A stretch of DNA of 57,468 bases from Catajapyx aquilonaris (Eukaryota). The notes beneath the pieces are model-generated. The model was not told the origin of the DNA. It made no database searches and saw only the letters and a program-made list of their open reading frames with translations. The first letter of the stretch is position 1; every line of letters begins with the position of its first letter. The position numbers and the translations under genes were made by a program. Positions 1 to 11,700 of the stretch are shown here, one piece after another. The DNA lies in contig JYFJ02002402.1 of the NCBI GenBank assembly GCA_000934665.2, positions 1 through 57,468 on the forward strand, written 5' to 3'.

Positions 1-806
1 GTCTACGTTGACATACGGCGAAACTGTAGGTTTTTCTCGTTTTTCTCCGTTACGTTTATGACGGAGCTGTCGGTTTTTGATTTTCACCCCCTCAATTATT
101 CATTATGCAGTATGTTATCAGAAACCATTATTTTCTAGGCTTCTCCAGTGTTCCCCTCCACTTCTTCCGCCCTTTTCTCCCACTCTGACATCTTTTCTCC
201 AACTGAACCTGAGTTACTGAGCTAGTCAGGGTGTGACCCGAGGTCAGGGGTCACACAATGTATTGCACTGTATAAAGCATATACGATATACCTACCAGGT
301 GTGTCCTTCTTTCTGAAGATTTGGAAAAGGCCACCCCTACCTGCTACAGAAGGCCTAAAAAGGGAAATAATCCCAACCATCCCATCAATGTCAACAATAT
401 ACTGGATGAATCTGAAGGAAAAAAAAAATGCAGGCATTCGCATCATTTTTATTTCATTACTTTACTCATCCTAAGCCAACACCTTCCATCCGGAGCACTG
501 AACCTGCCTTTTTAAAAATCCTGATTCGAGCACTTTCTTAGAAATTCACATCGTCACCCTCAATGAATCAGCAGAAAAGAGCAAGTCCGAAACGATGACT
601 AACATAAGAAAAAACCGCCCAAAAAAATGCACTATATTTACATATGTATACCATACGTTGGTGGTTATGTAACCAATGTCCTCTGTCCATTTATAGTACA
701 TTTTTCGTGATCTATGCGATCTGCCTCCCTACCACTGGGTAAACAAGTACAGGGTATTTCAACAAGTATGGCCAACTTTTCGTCAGATGATATACATGGA
801 TATCGC

Positions 807-2283
807 CACGTGCCATATGCTCTGCAACAATATCTCTTCTTCCAGCAACCTCCCTCCAGGTCTTGACTCCGACCTTCCCAAAGGTGTGTTGAATAGCATC
901 CGGAAGCAGCCCCGTATCCTTGTCCTTGATCCCCGTCGCGTGTCAGGATGCTGCCTCCCTTCCTCTAGATTTCCTTCTATTCATCCTCCCAAGAAAGGAG
1001 CAGGCCAGCACGTGGACCCTCCCCCCTTCTTCCTTTTAAAAAGTCTTTTAAAGAAAGCGCTCCAGGGGCTGAACTTCCAAGGAAACCCACCTTCAGCCCC
1101 CCATCTGCTTTTGCTCCCAGAGCAGGTGGGAACCCTTCTTTTTTTTATACACACACATACATCCATCCCTCCCCATTCTTATATTACTCGCCTTATAGAA
1201 AAGGAACCCTGGCACACGCAGATGTCTTGAGTCGCGAAATTCGGCCAGCTGGCACGTGCCCCCTCCTTCTCTTGGCCCCCTTTTTTTGTGTGTGTCTCCC
1301 CCTCCTCTTGATTTTTTGTGATCATTCTTATCGTACGTCTACCTTCACACCTGTGCTGATGTGGTACAGTTACAGTATGTCGGTATGATGCACGTACTCA
1401 GCGGGACACCGTTTTATAGTATTTAGGGCATTCCGGATTTTAAACCCGGTTTCATGCAACTCATTGCCTAATCAATCGGTTTAATTAATTATTCGCATAA
1501 TTATGTACGTGGATGAATTATCATACGACTTACATTATTTATACCTGGCATTAATGATGAATAATATTTATGTAATCTCCTTCACATAATATTATGATCA
1601 TATGCTGCAGGTGGGTTATTTAATGACTTGTATAGTGAACTACACTATAAATCGCAAACTACTGAGCCTCCCATGGAACATCAATTATTTTGAATGCTCT
1701 TCTAATGGTCTTGTAATTTTTTTTGCTGCTTAGAAAGCATTACAAGAGCATCTCTACTGAGTCTCTCATGGAACATCAATTTTAATGCTATTGTAATGTT
1801 CTTGTAGGCCTAATTTTTTGTTGCTTTTTAGCAACAAAAAAAGCATCACAAGACCATTAAAAGTAGTTTCTCCATGGGTGATGCTCTTTTGATACTTTGA
1901 GGCGGTTTGCGGTTTACAGTGTATGTGCCAAAATTTGGCAACACTGCCCAGCCCGGCCCTCCACTTGGACGTAGTATGCGATAGGCTACTACCAGTTGGT
2001 GCACTCCACGTGGTGACTATGATAACTACATGCACATAGGTGATAGGGACAAAGTCACGCCTATTCTGCACATGATTGACACTTACAGCAAGAAGCGACA
2101 CTCTTTGTCAAAAAATATATATAGTCCGGACAGTATAGCACTTATTGGACAACCTGTGGCAGTGCAATAAAATGTCCCACGTTCTGTCATTTTCTTGCAG
2201 CTGTAAGCAGGTTGCATCATCCTTATTTTTACGACTAAGCACTTAATTAGGCCTATACACGCGCCATGTTTACATTTCACGTG
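807..2283. promoter_or_regulatory. Cluster of five CACGTG E-boxes upstream of cyclin D (807, 1009, 1253, 2007, 2278)
   Basis: Exact hexamers read from the sequence; function is inferred. Confidence 0.45.
1668..1878. repeat. MITE-like interspersed repeat (two related units); relatives at ~26851-26918 and ~27696-27752
   Basis: Shared CCATGGAACATCAATT...AATGCT(C/A)TT(C/G)TAATG...AAAGCATTAC(A/G)AGAGCAT motifs in direct and inverted orientation. Confidence 0.55.
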
Positions 2284-2782
2284 GTTATACCCATGCAACA
2301 TGGCATACTTTTAATTAGGCAGCCGCAATATTTGCATCCGGATAATTGATCTTTCCAGCAGCTCTCCCTCCATTCCAACCAGTTATTACCGATGTGCTTG
2401 GTCGCTCCATAATCAGAAAAAGGGTCTGCTGCAATGAATTGTGTATAATGTGAGTGGGTGGTTGGGTGGACGTATAAAGGTGCCTATATGTACACACAGG
2501 GACAGATGCCGGGAGTGCAGAGTTCCCCCAGTGGGGTTGGTTGTTGGATAGGAATATGGGCCATGTGGAGGTAGGCAGGAAGGATCCGGATGGCTTGTTC
2601 CAGTGGGGGTAGGTGTACCTGGGGGCCCAGGTGCTGTCCCCTTCTGCTAGGCAAAGAGGGGGAAGTCCTGAACACTGGAAGGCCATCAGTGTGTGTGCGG
2701 TGCGTGCCGAGAATGGACGTTTGAAACTTCCCGAGGGTCGAGTACCGTATACAGTGTGTGACATTATATCAGTATAGAGAAG

Positions 2783-3917
2783 ATGGAGATGCTTCTGTGT
2801 GACGAGAGGCTGCTGGTGGCAGAGGCTGACCAGAGGCTGCTGCAGGACCCGAGGGTGCTGGATAACTTGTTGCAGCTGGAGTCTGCCACCATTCCTCCAA
2901 AGGACTATCTGAAGGAATCTATGCATCCGGAGATACAGCCGTACATGAGGAAGGTGGTCACCACATGGCTGCTCGAGGTTAGTGCACCCTATTGTACTCG
3001 TTAACCACCAAACTGGCTGATTCCGAGTTCGGTGGGCTAATTTGGTTTGTGTCCCTCAATAAGGTGTGTGAGGAGCAGGAGTGTGAAGAGCAAGTGTTCC
3101 CGTTGGCGGTCAACTTCCTGGACCGGTTCCTGTGCTCGTGTCCTGTACGTCGTTGTCACCTCCAGCTGGCTGCGGCCGTGTGTCTCCTGGTGGCATCCAA
3201 GCTTCGACAGTGCTGCTCCATCACCCTCGAACTACTCAGCTTCTACACAGACTACTCCGTGCCAGTCAAGTTGCTCAGGGTAAGCATCAGCAATCAAAAC
3301 ATTGCCAAATATTAGGCGCGCCATGTGTGTGAGGGGATGTCGTACTACGTTCACTAGTATCAGCATTTGTGAAGATCATGTATCCCTGAGGGCTTAAAAA
3401 GGCACGGTTGTTGCCTTACTGTAAATTGATGATAGACAAAAAAGGAACCGGGAGCAGGATGAGGTCTTTTGAAAAGAGAGGTTCTTCGGACAGGAAGGAG
3501 GAGGGTTTCCGGTACAGTCAACGGCGCGCGACGTTCCTCCAAGAACCGCCCTTCCGTTCTCACCGACAATCATCGTCTACTATATAGGGAGGGGGGGGTA
3601 CAAGACAAGAAGTGAATCCCCCATAACTGATGCACATCCGTTTGTTGTCCCTTCCCCCCTCCTTGCATTAGGAATGGGAGATGATGGTCCTGTCCCGTCT
3701 GAGGTGGGACATCGAGGCCGTCACGGCATACGACTTCCTGGACCACCTGGCCCACCGACTGCCCCTGACGACCAAGGCACGCGACAGAGTCCGAAGCCAC
3801 GCGCACACCTTCGTCGCCCTCTGCTGCACAGGTACACAGCGCACTCCATGTACTCTGTCATGAATTACAACAGTCGCTGCCTCAAATATCAGCTACTTAA
3901 TATATTATCAGCTAATG

Positions 3918-3991
<74 letters not shown>

Positions 3992-6900
3992 CAGCTAATC
4001 CGACTTGGGTGACCTTGCCAGTAGACGAAGTTACCATCGGCATAGCTCTTGGGGTCACGGAAGAAACACATGCCATCCACCACTACAAGGTGGAGAAACA
4101 TATTGTGGGCTAATAAATATTAGCTACCAATAAATATCAGTTAATTTAATAAAATGATCAAATAATAAAAATCAGCTAATCCGACTTAAATATGGGAGAC
4201 CAAGCTACCGCCGGCATAGCTCTCGGTGTCACAGAAGAAACACACCACAAGGTGGAGACACATTGTGGGGCATCAGCTAATAAATATTAGCTAGAAATTA
4301 AAAGTAGCTAATATTTTATTAGCAGCTTACATTATAGTAGCTAATAAGCAGCTAACATTTCAGTAGCTAATATTTTATCAGTAGCCAATATTAATTGGCA
4401 GCTCAGATTGTATTTTATTTATATATTTATTAGCGTATCCCACCTCCTGATCTCCACCTTGTCGTGGGGGGGGGGCGGTGTTTCTCCCGTGACCCCAAGA
4501 GCTATGCCGCCGGTAGCTTCATCTCGAGAGCTTCGTCTACTGGCATGCCACCCGAGTCGAATTAGCAAAATATTTTTGGCACCTTATAATGTTATTAGTA
4601 GCTAATTTTTGGCACCTTATATATTTGATAAGTAGCTAATATTTGGGCAGCTTTTAATATTAAGGGATGTGATTGTTGCCAGCACAAGAGAGTGGCAATG
4701 GGGTAGGTTCCTGGGTTGTGTGTGAACGACCCCATAGTATTTTTGCAGGCAGCTGTCCGATAGGTTCTATCAGCAATTAGTGTGGTCAAGTGGCAACGTT
4801 GCTGGTCCAGGTGCGGGCAAGCCAATGGATGGCAAGGGGGGGGAGATTTTGAATAGGGGCAGCTGGGCGCGTGCCACTGAACAGGCAGGGCTCCGGTCCC
4901 CCCTTTTTTCCCTTTTCATATGAGTGTATAGGGTCGCAGAGTGGTATACATACGAGAGGGTCCCCTAGCTAGGTTCAGATGCTGATGGACCATGAGAAGG
5001 ATAGCCCCGCATTGCGATTCGGGCTCCCCCCTCGAGGAAGCCCGCACGGTGGGAAAAAAGGACCGGGCTGCCGTACTTGTTGATGGCCAAAAATTATGCG
5101 CAACCTTGTGGTTGACAGGCGCAGGAATGCCAACGCAACTAATCAGTAATTAATATAGAAATGAAAAGCCAATAATTTCGCTAATTTCTCTAAACTGTCA
5201 CGGCGACTTATGTTTGCGCCACTTGCCATACCGCCGTTCCTATTGCTGGGGGGGGGGGGNGGGTACATATACAGCAACAGTTGGCAACATGGACCCCCCT
5301 GAGATGCAGCAAGATCCGGTATGCCCCAGTCACCTTCAAGGGTCTCTCCCTGCATCCCTCTTTTGAATCAGTCCTCCGGATAAATAATAAGAGTCCCTTC
5401 CCACGTTGGAAGCTACCTTTGGTCGACGTCTCCATTCAAGGCCCCGCATCTACCCCCCCTCCCCCAAATTATTGCTCACCACCCACCCTTCCATCCTGAG
5501 GGAGGGGGCTGACAAAGGTCAATTGGTGTGATCCCCCTCCTTTTCGTACGAGTAATGTGTGTGTGTGGATCGAAAAAAAGAGGGGGCAAAGAAGGGAAGT
5601 GGACTTCCTCCGGGTCAACCAAGCGAGGAGGAAAGATAGTGGTAAGCGCAGGATGGCCAGCGGGCACCCACTTCCTCCTCAGAATCAAGACCGTGAACCA
5701 AGACGACGACTCATACGCCACATATGCTCACACACGACGCCATATGTCTGTGGGAAACCAAAAAATGACATATATTTCCAACCTCATTGCCAACATTTAG
5801 AATTCGATGTATTTCCAACGCTACCTGGGAAACAAAAAAGGACATATTTCCAACCCCACTGCCAGCATTTAGAATTCGATGCATTTCCAACGCTACCTGG
5901 GAAACAAAATGACATATTTCCAACCCCACTGCCAACATTTAGAAAACGATATATTTCCAACGCTACCTGGGAAACAAAATGACATATTTCCAACCCCACT
6001 GCCAACATTTAGAAAACGACGTATTTCTAACGCTACCTCCAGATTGAAAATGACGTATTTCCAACGCTACTGCCAGCATTGAAAATAAATAAATAATGTA
6101 TTTCCAGCCGTACTTTTCGGAGGGGTTGGGGGTAGTGTGACAATGCGTAACATATATAGGGGAAGGGGGGGTAACATTTTGCCGCACACACTGTGGTAAA
6201 GTCCATTGCTCTGTGCGACAATGAGCATGAGACCAATGGTTTGAGCAGCTGGTGTTGGCGCGTGCAGCTCTCGTGCCCCTCTTTTATTTCGAGGGAGGGA
6301 TTTCCGGTGACGTCAGGGCAGGTGTCCCATCTCTAGCTTCTGGTCACCATATATTTTTGCTGGCATTGGTCGCAAAAACGGGAATTTTTGGCGAAGTGTG
6401 GCCTTCTGCAGAATTGGGGCAAGGGCCTTAGCGGCCTTCACTCGCAATATGCGACCCGTTTGCGGTATTCAGGACGGGAAAAAACCGGTCGGTCAAACGG
6501 GGATTAGGTTTTAACCGGAGTTCCTGTGCTAATCGGTCGTTCAAGTCACTACAAGTTCTACAGTACACACAGCATAACTTCTGAAAAAAGTAGGCAGCGA
6601 CCTCTGCCCCCTCTAAGCTGATTGGTGGAGCAGAAGCCAACTGCCAATCAGAATGGTGGGTACAGTGCGGTCCATAAGAAATCCTATCCTGTATGCCTTA
6701 ACCACAGAAATCGCAATATTTAGGACATGCCTAATTTTTTCTTGGAGAAGTTAGGCTGTGTACAGTGACAAGCCGGGACAGGACATGGGCAATATCGCAA
6801 TGTCCCGTCTCCACATGCGATGTCCCGTCTCCAAGTCGGAACATCAGGGGGGGAAAAAATTCCGAACTTTTTTTTTTTTCTCCATGCTGTACACAGTGCA

Positions 6901-7590
6901 TTGGGTTGAATATTCGCAATGTTAACCCACTGACACAGTGCGGTTTCGCATCAAAAAATTCTGCACGTACATCCTCCCAGCGTGAGAAATTTGGCGAAAC
7001 ACCAGTAGGGGCGAAGGTCCCCTCTTAATATATTTTTTTTGAAGCGGACAATTGCACGAAGTTCAACTAACCGGGGATCGATTAGTGGGTAAGATAACAC
7101 GCGAAGGGCGTGTGGGAGAAGATCCCTTATGCGCCCCTTACTTCCGACCCACACCTGACGCCCCCTTAAGACCATCTTGCCTTTTACTCTCTCTTTTTTT
7201 TGTGTCTGTTACTTCCGCCCACCTGCTTTGTTATTAAACCCATTTGTTACGGAACTTTGACCTTTACTTACAGAGGCGGATTTGATACAGACGCCGCCGT
7301 CGCTTGTGGCGTCGGCAAGTTTGGGCGCCGCTGCTAGGGGATTGTGTAGACCAGGGGAGACGTCGGCGACGCTTGCGACGCTGATGGCAGCTACGGGCGT
7401 CGACCCAAAGCAGCTCCAGGACCTGATGGAGCGGATCGACGACGCTGTCCTGTTGGCGTCGTCGACACAACCGACGTCGGTAGCGCCCACATGCCAATCT
7501 GGAGCCAAAGCGCCGACACTCAGCAAAAGCACGTCGGTTGCCGTCGGTGGGGGAGAGACCCCCACCGACGTTCAAGACGTCTGCTTCTAA
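2783..7590 (+). CDS. CycD: G1/S-specific cyclin D (4 coding exons: 2783-2977, 3064-3279, 3672-3831, 7274-7590; 295 aa)
   Basis: N-terminal LxCxE Rb-binding motif (LLCDE); cyclin box [47 protein letters not shown]; C-terminal TPTDVQDV phosphodegron (T286 equivalent). All introns are GT-AG, phases 0,0,1; spliced length is 888 nt. Confidence 0.96.
3876..4651. mobile_element. Foldback/MITE-like element in cyclin D intron 3 with an internal duplication
   Basis: Ends GCTGCCTCAAATATCAGCTACTTA / TAAGTAGCTAATATTTGGGCAGC are inverted. The block ~3992-4110 (GGCATAGCTCTTGGGGTCACGG...) is repeated directly at ~4174-4280 and inverted at ~4440-4567. No clear TSD. Confidence 0.7.
3919..3990. repeat. (AAT)n microsatellite, ~24 units
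   Basis: Uninterrupted ATAATA... run. Confidence 0.98.
5751..6108. repeat. Minisatellite with a 70-bp unit (dimer of 37+33-bp subunits, each beginning TATTTCCAAC), ~4.5-5 copies
   Basis: The unit TGGGAAACAAAATGACATATTTCCAACCCCACTGCCAACATTTAGAAAACGATATATTTCCAACGCTACC recurs at a 70-bp period (e.g. 5901 vs 5971). Confidence 0.95.
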
Positions 7591-8045
7591 ACCCCAAGCA
7601 TTTTAAAAAATACAAACCAAAACTTCAAGATCTCATGTCGACACGACAACAATTGAACAGAAAAGAAAACACCAAAGATATCTCCCACCCCGAGTGATGT
7701 CTATTGTTGAAAAATTGTACATTGTTGTAAGTTATTACAATCTCACCCCACCAAGTAGGCCCTTTCCGGCACATTGTCACAGTGACGAACAGTGCAACAA
7801 TGTAACAATTACTCATTAATTAATTTTCTGCTCATACCCATTGATTTAGGTTGTGTTCCCAGTTACTAGAGTATGGTAATCTTATTTTTTAATATAATTA
7901 TGCGCACCAAATATTATTTTGAGTAAAGAAAAAAAAACAATTGTAGCAAGTGCATTCTTGCATCTAGTCCCCCCCTTTTTTTTATATTTCTCTTAAGTTA
8001 AATGCTTTAAAAAAAAAAAAAAACTCAAAAAAGGAATGTATGTAA

Positions 8046-8097
8046 AATAAATAAAAGTTATGACTTAATGTGGATTGTTCCATGATTCGTGTTTATT
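8046..8097. terminator. Back-to-back polyadenylation signals: AATAAA x2 (+, 8046-8055; cyclin D) and AATAAA (-, 8097-8092; MGA-like)
   Basis: Hexamers read directly, with a GU-rich stretch between them; they lie between the two convergent stop codons. Confidence 0.65.
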
Positions 8098-8784
8098 GTA
8101 AAGAACAAAAAAAAAAAGTACAGCACATGGTAGAATCCAGGTAGTAAAAAAATACCAGGATCTCACACTACTGCTTTACCGAATAATACAAAAGAAATGT
8201 GTTTTACATTGCAGAAGAGTCATGTTCAGAATATGATCCCAACATACCTCCATCTGAAGCTGCAAAAGCACTTGATATAATAGAAGGAACAAAAAATATA
8301 TGACTCGTACCACGAGAAAATAGTACGAACAGGTGAACCAAACGTCCTACAGAACCATCAAGATTAATCAATTCACATAATTCTGATCGGCACTTTTCCC
8401 CCCCAAAAAATCTCTGCTATGCACCTGATTCTGCAGAGAATTTCGTTCACCTGTGCCTACGTTTTGCTCAAAATTGTACATATTGCAACAAAAATTTCAC
8501 ATAAACATGATTGGACATGCCAGCACACTTGGAAAAAAAAAAATGCATCGTCACAAACAGGAGACATGATCAAACATAGACAAAAAAAAAAAGCATGTGC
8601 AGGCTTTCAAGGTACATTAATGAACATGAAAAGCATTACCAGATATATAACACTGCTCCAAACAAGACGTCCCTAGAACCGGGGCTAACAATCGGAGTAG
8701 GTAAACTTTTCGCTTGTAAAATAAACCCCCGTAGAGAGAAAAAAAGATCAAAAAAATACTGGTTGCGAGTGGCACATGATTTGA

Positions 8785-11700
8785 CTACGCACAATCCTTC
8801 TGACTTGGATTTTTGACTGGATTCACGACAACACTGTTTGGGTTGGGACCTGGGTTCTGTGCCAGGTTTGAAGTAGAAGGCAGATTAAGCGAGTCCACAC
8901 TAATTACAGGGAGTTGCGCTATGGTTGGCAGGCCTGGTGTTGGACTTCCCACGGTCACTGGCTGGGCACCGACCATTTGCAGGACTTGAAATTGCGGCAT
9001 GGCGGCTGTGCCATTGCTGTTTGCCAGCTGCGCAGGGTAGTAGAGATGCACGTTCTTGCCGTTTGGAAGACAGACTTTCACTGGAATGCTGTTTACAAGA
9101 GATTGACCAACTGTAGTGCTGGCTGTGGCTGGTGCCCGAGGTCTAATGATGCGCAGGGTGTTGCCAGCAGGGCCTACTACCTTTACAGGCCGGGTAACGC
9201 CTGCATTGGCAGGAGCAATGGGCCTTTCATTGGACAACACACTTGAAAGTGGACCTGAAACGGATGTTGTGAGCTTGGACGTTGTGCAGCTTGATGCTGC
9301 GGTCATGATTGCTGCTGGAGATGACCGAACCAGAATTGGCATAGATGATGAAGCCACAGTCATAACGGACCCAGCCTCACTCCTAGAAGGCCCAGCCACA
9401 CTCATAACAGGCCGTACCATGTTTCCAACAGGTCTCGCCACTGTGACGGTTCCAACACTTGCAGCAGCTGGGCTTGTGGACTTCGCTGTACTGACTGATA
9501 CTGCTTTCCTTTGTACTAGAAGAGACAGGGAGCCTGGTTTGGAGTTCCCTAATCCTCGATTCTTAGCTGTAGCTATCAGATCCTCCTTCTGCAAAATAGA
9601 CAGCGTTCTCGGAATCGTAGACCGCATAACAACTGGAAAGCGGCGAACGGAACTGTCTGTTGTTGCCGGTGGCCGTTCAGCTCTGATCATCTGCACAGGC
9701 CCAGGAGGCCCTGATGTTGAAGGTGCTCGTGGTGAAACTTGAATCATTATTGGTTGAGTGGCCTGGCTCTTAGGTGCTTCTGGCGCCTTAGGCCTTGGTG
9801 CCCTCTCATTAAGAATTACAACATCATCGTCTTGATCAGGATGCTCTCTCGCCCATACTGAATCCACCAGCTCATCCAGAGCTATTTCAACTGTCATGGG
9901 GAGATCGGTCTTCTTGGTTGTGTTCACAGCTGTGTTCTCAGCTGTGTTCATGGTTGCATTGGTGCCCAGTGGCAATAGCATTGGAGGAGGACGCAGGCGT
10001 TTGGGTTCTGGTCCATTGTCAATTTCCACGTCTACAACTTCGTTTTCTGGAGGTGGTTGCCTCTTTCGTTGGTCTTGTCCCCTTGATGGCGCTTGTTCCA
10101 GAGATGCCTCTTGCTCCATCGGAGACTCCTGCTCCCTTGCTGATTCTTCTTGCCCCCTGCGCAGGTTAGCCCCGAATCGCTCTCTCAGTCTCTTCTTTCC
10201 CCGCAGCATTGCCCGCATTTCTTCCATTTTCTTCCTCTTCTCGCCCACCGGTAGGTCTGCCAAGTAAGAAGCACAATATGTAATGCACAGAATGGAGCAA
10301 ATTTGTTGCTACCCTTTCAAAACTCTTACAGATTAATACTCTACCACATGGTCCAAAGAAAGTCCTCATATCATGAAAAAATTATTTTTACTAATCATAG
10401 ACACCCAGAGATTAAAGCCACGTTTACATGTGAGTGATTGATCAGCGATGTTACAACATCGCTGATCAATCACTCGTATGTAAATGTGGCTTAAAGAGCC
10501 ACTGTCTCCAAACTTAAAAATTTGAGATAATATGCAAAAGGCTGTAATGACTAATGTTGGTTACTCTTGAATCTTGATGTCAATTTCAAACCACGAAAAT
10601 TAATAATAATAATATAATTATTTAATAATTCGGGTAGTGCTTCAAAATAAAATTTCAAGTTTTAATTTTTGGGACAGTGGCCTTTTAACATAACTGTAAA
10701 TCCAGCAGTGCTTGGCATTAATTGCCAATTAAAATTACAGCATAACAACTGATGCTGTAGACCAAATGGTGCAAGTTAATTTTGTTACCCGTACTTTCCC
10801 CTGACAGTGTCAGAGCCTCGACAGGCTCTAACCTGGCAGTGATGTGATGAGAGATGTAATGTGAATGGAGGACGGTTGAACCCACATCTGCTATGAAGGT
10901 AAGAGTGAATGATCATCCAATGAGTACATATATGGTTCAAGGCGGCAGCAAGGTCAGTGTGGAATATGGGGTGGACACATAATCCACAGAAATCATGTCT
11001 GCTTACAGTATTTTTAAAGACCAATGGTGGGGGTGTGGTGACTGGAGGGCAAAATGTGGTACTGATGGACTGATGTTCAAAAAATGATGAATCATTACAC
11101 AATGCCCATTACAACTGCATTAAGCTGCATGGTGACAAAAAATGGTTGCTGGAAGTGTGCAGTGCTGTATTCTCAAGTACGTAAATCAAGTACCTTCTTT
11201 GATGGTGTATAAGACGTGCAGGCATATAAGACACACCCCCCCATTTCAGCAGATCGGATTCAGAAAAAAAGGTTTTTAATGAATTTCAGCAAATAGGACG
11301 CACCGCGATTAATCAAGCAATTTTTTGGGGGACAAAAGTGCATCTTATATGCCGTAAAATACTGTAATTGATGTAAATCAATAATTTGTCCACAAACAAT
11401 TCTGCTTAGTCTCTCCACACATGTGATTTACTTGTAGGGCCATGAAAATAAGAATGTTGCGCACTCAGTAACATTAACATTTTAACTGCATCACTTAATC
11501 TCTATTAATATTTCTCCAGTCACAACTCATGCGATAATAAGTCCCATGCAGGAATAAATGAATTATGCATTGACTGAACACAGTTTCCAAGATGTCTATT
11601 GATAACTCTCAGGGATTGTGCAGCATTCCTCTTTTCATGTGCGGTCAATGTTGCCTTCTTCACACGTGGTTAGTAAAACTTAAAATACATCTACATGCAA

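Noticed and set aside
787..1230. 147-aa ORF upstream of cyclin D and a GTATCCTT U12-like donor at 914
   Set aside because: No domain or supported exon structure, and no matching U12 branch site or acceptor was found.
2315..2926. 203-aa minus-strand ORF
   Set aside because: Antisense shadow of cyclin D exon 1 and its 5' region; no recognisable domain.
3889..4101. Poly-Tyr ORF (also poly-Ile/poly-Asn ORFs at 44468-44970)
   Set aside because: Translations of (AAT)n microsatellites.
5247..5263. G-quadruplex-like poly-G tract
   Set aside because: It contains an N, so the homopolymer length is unreliable.
5751..6108. CRISPR-like repeat/spacer periodicity
   Set aside because: The spacers are themselves repeated (two alternating types), the constant part is only ~10 bp, there are no cas genes, and the context is a eukaryotic intron. 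It is a minisatellite.
8914..10267. Plus-strand ORFs (e.g. 9116-9742), and likewise 13651-15236
   Set aside because: Antisense to long MGA-like exons; expected shadows of coding sequence.
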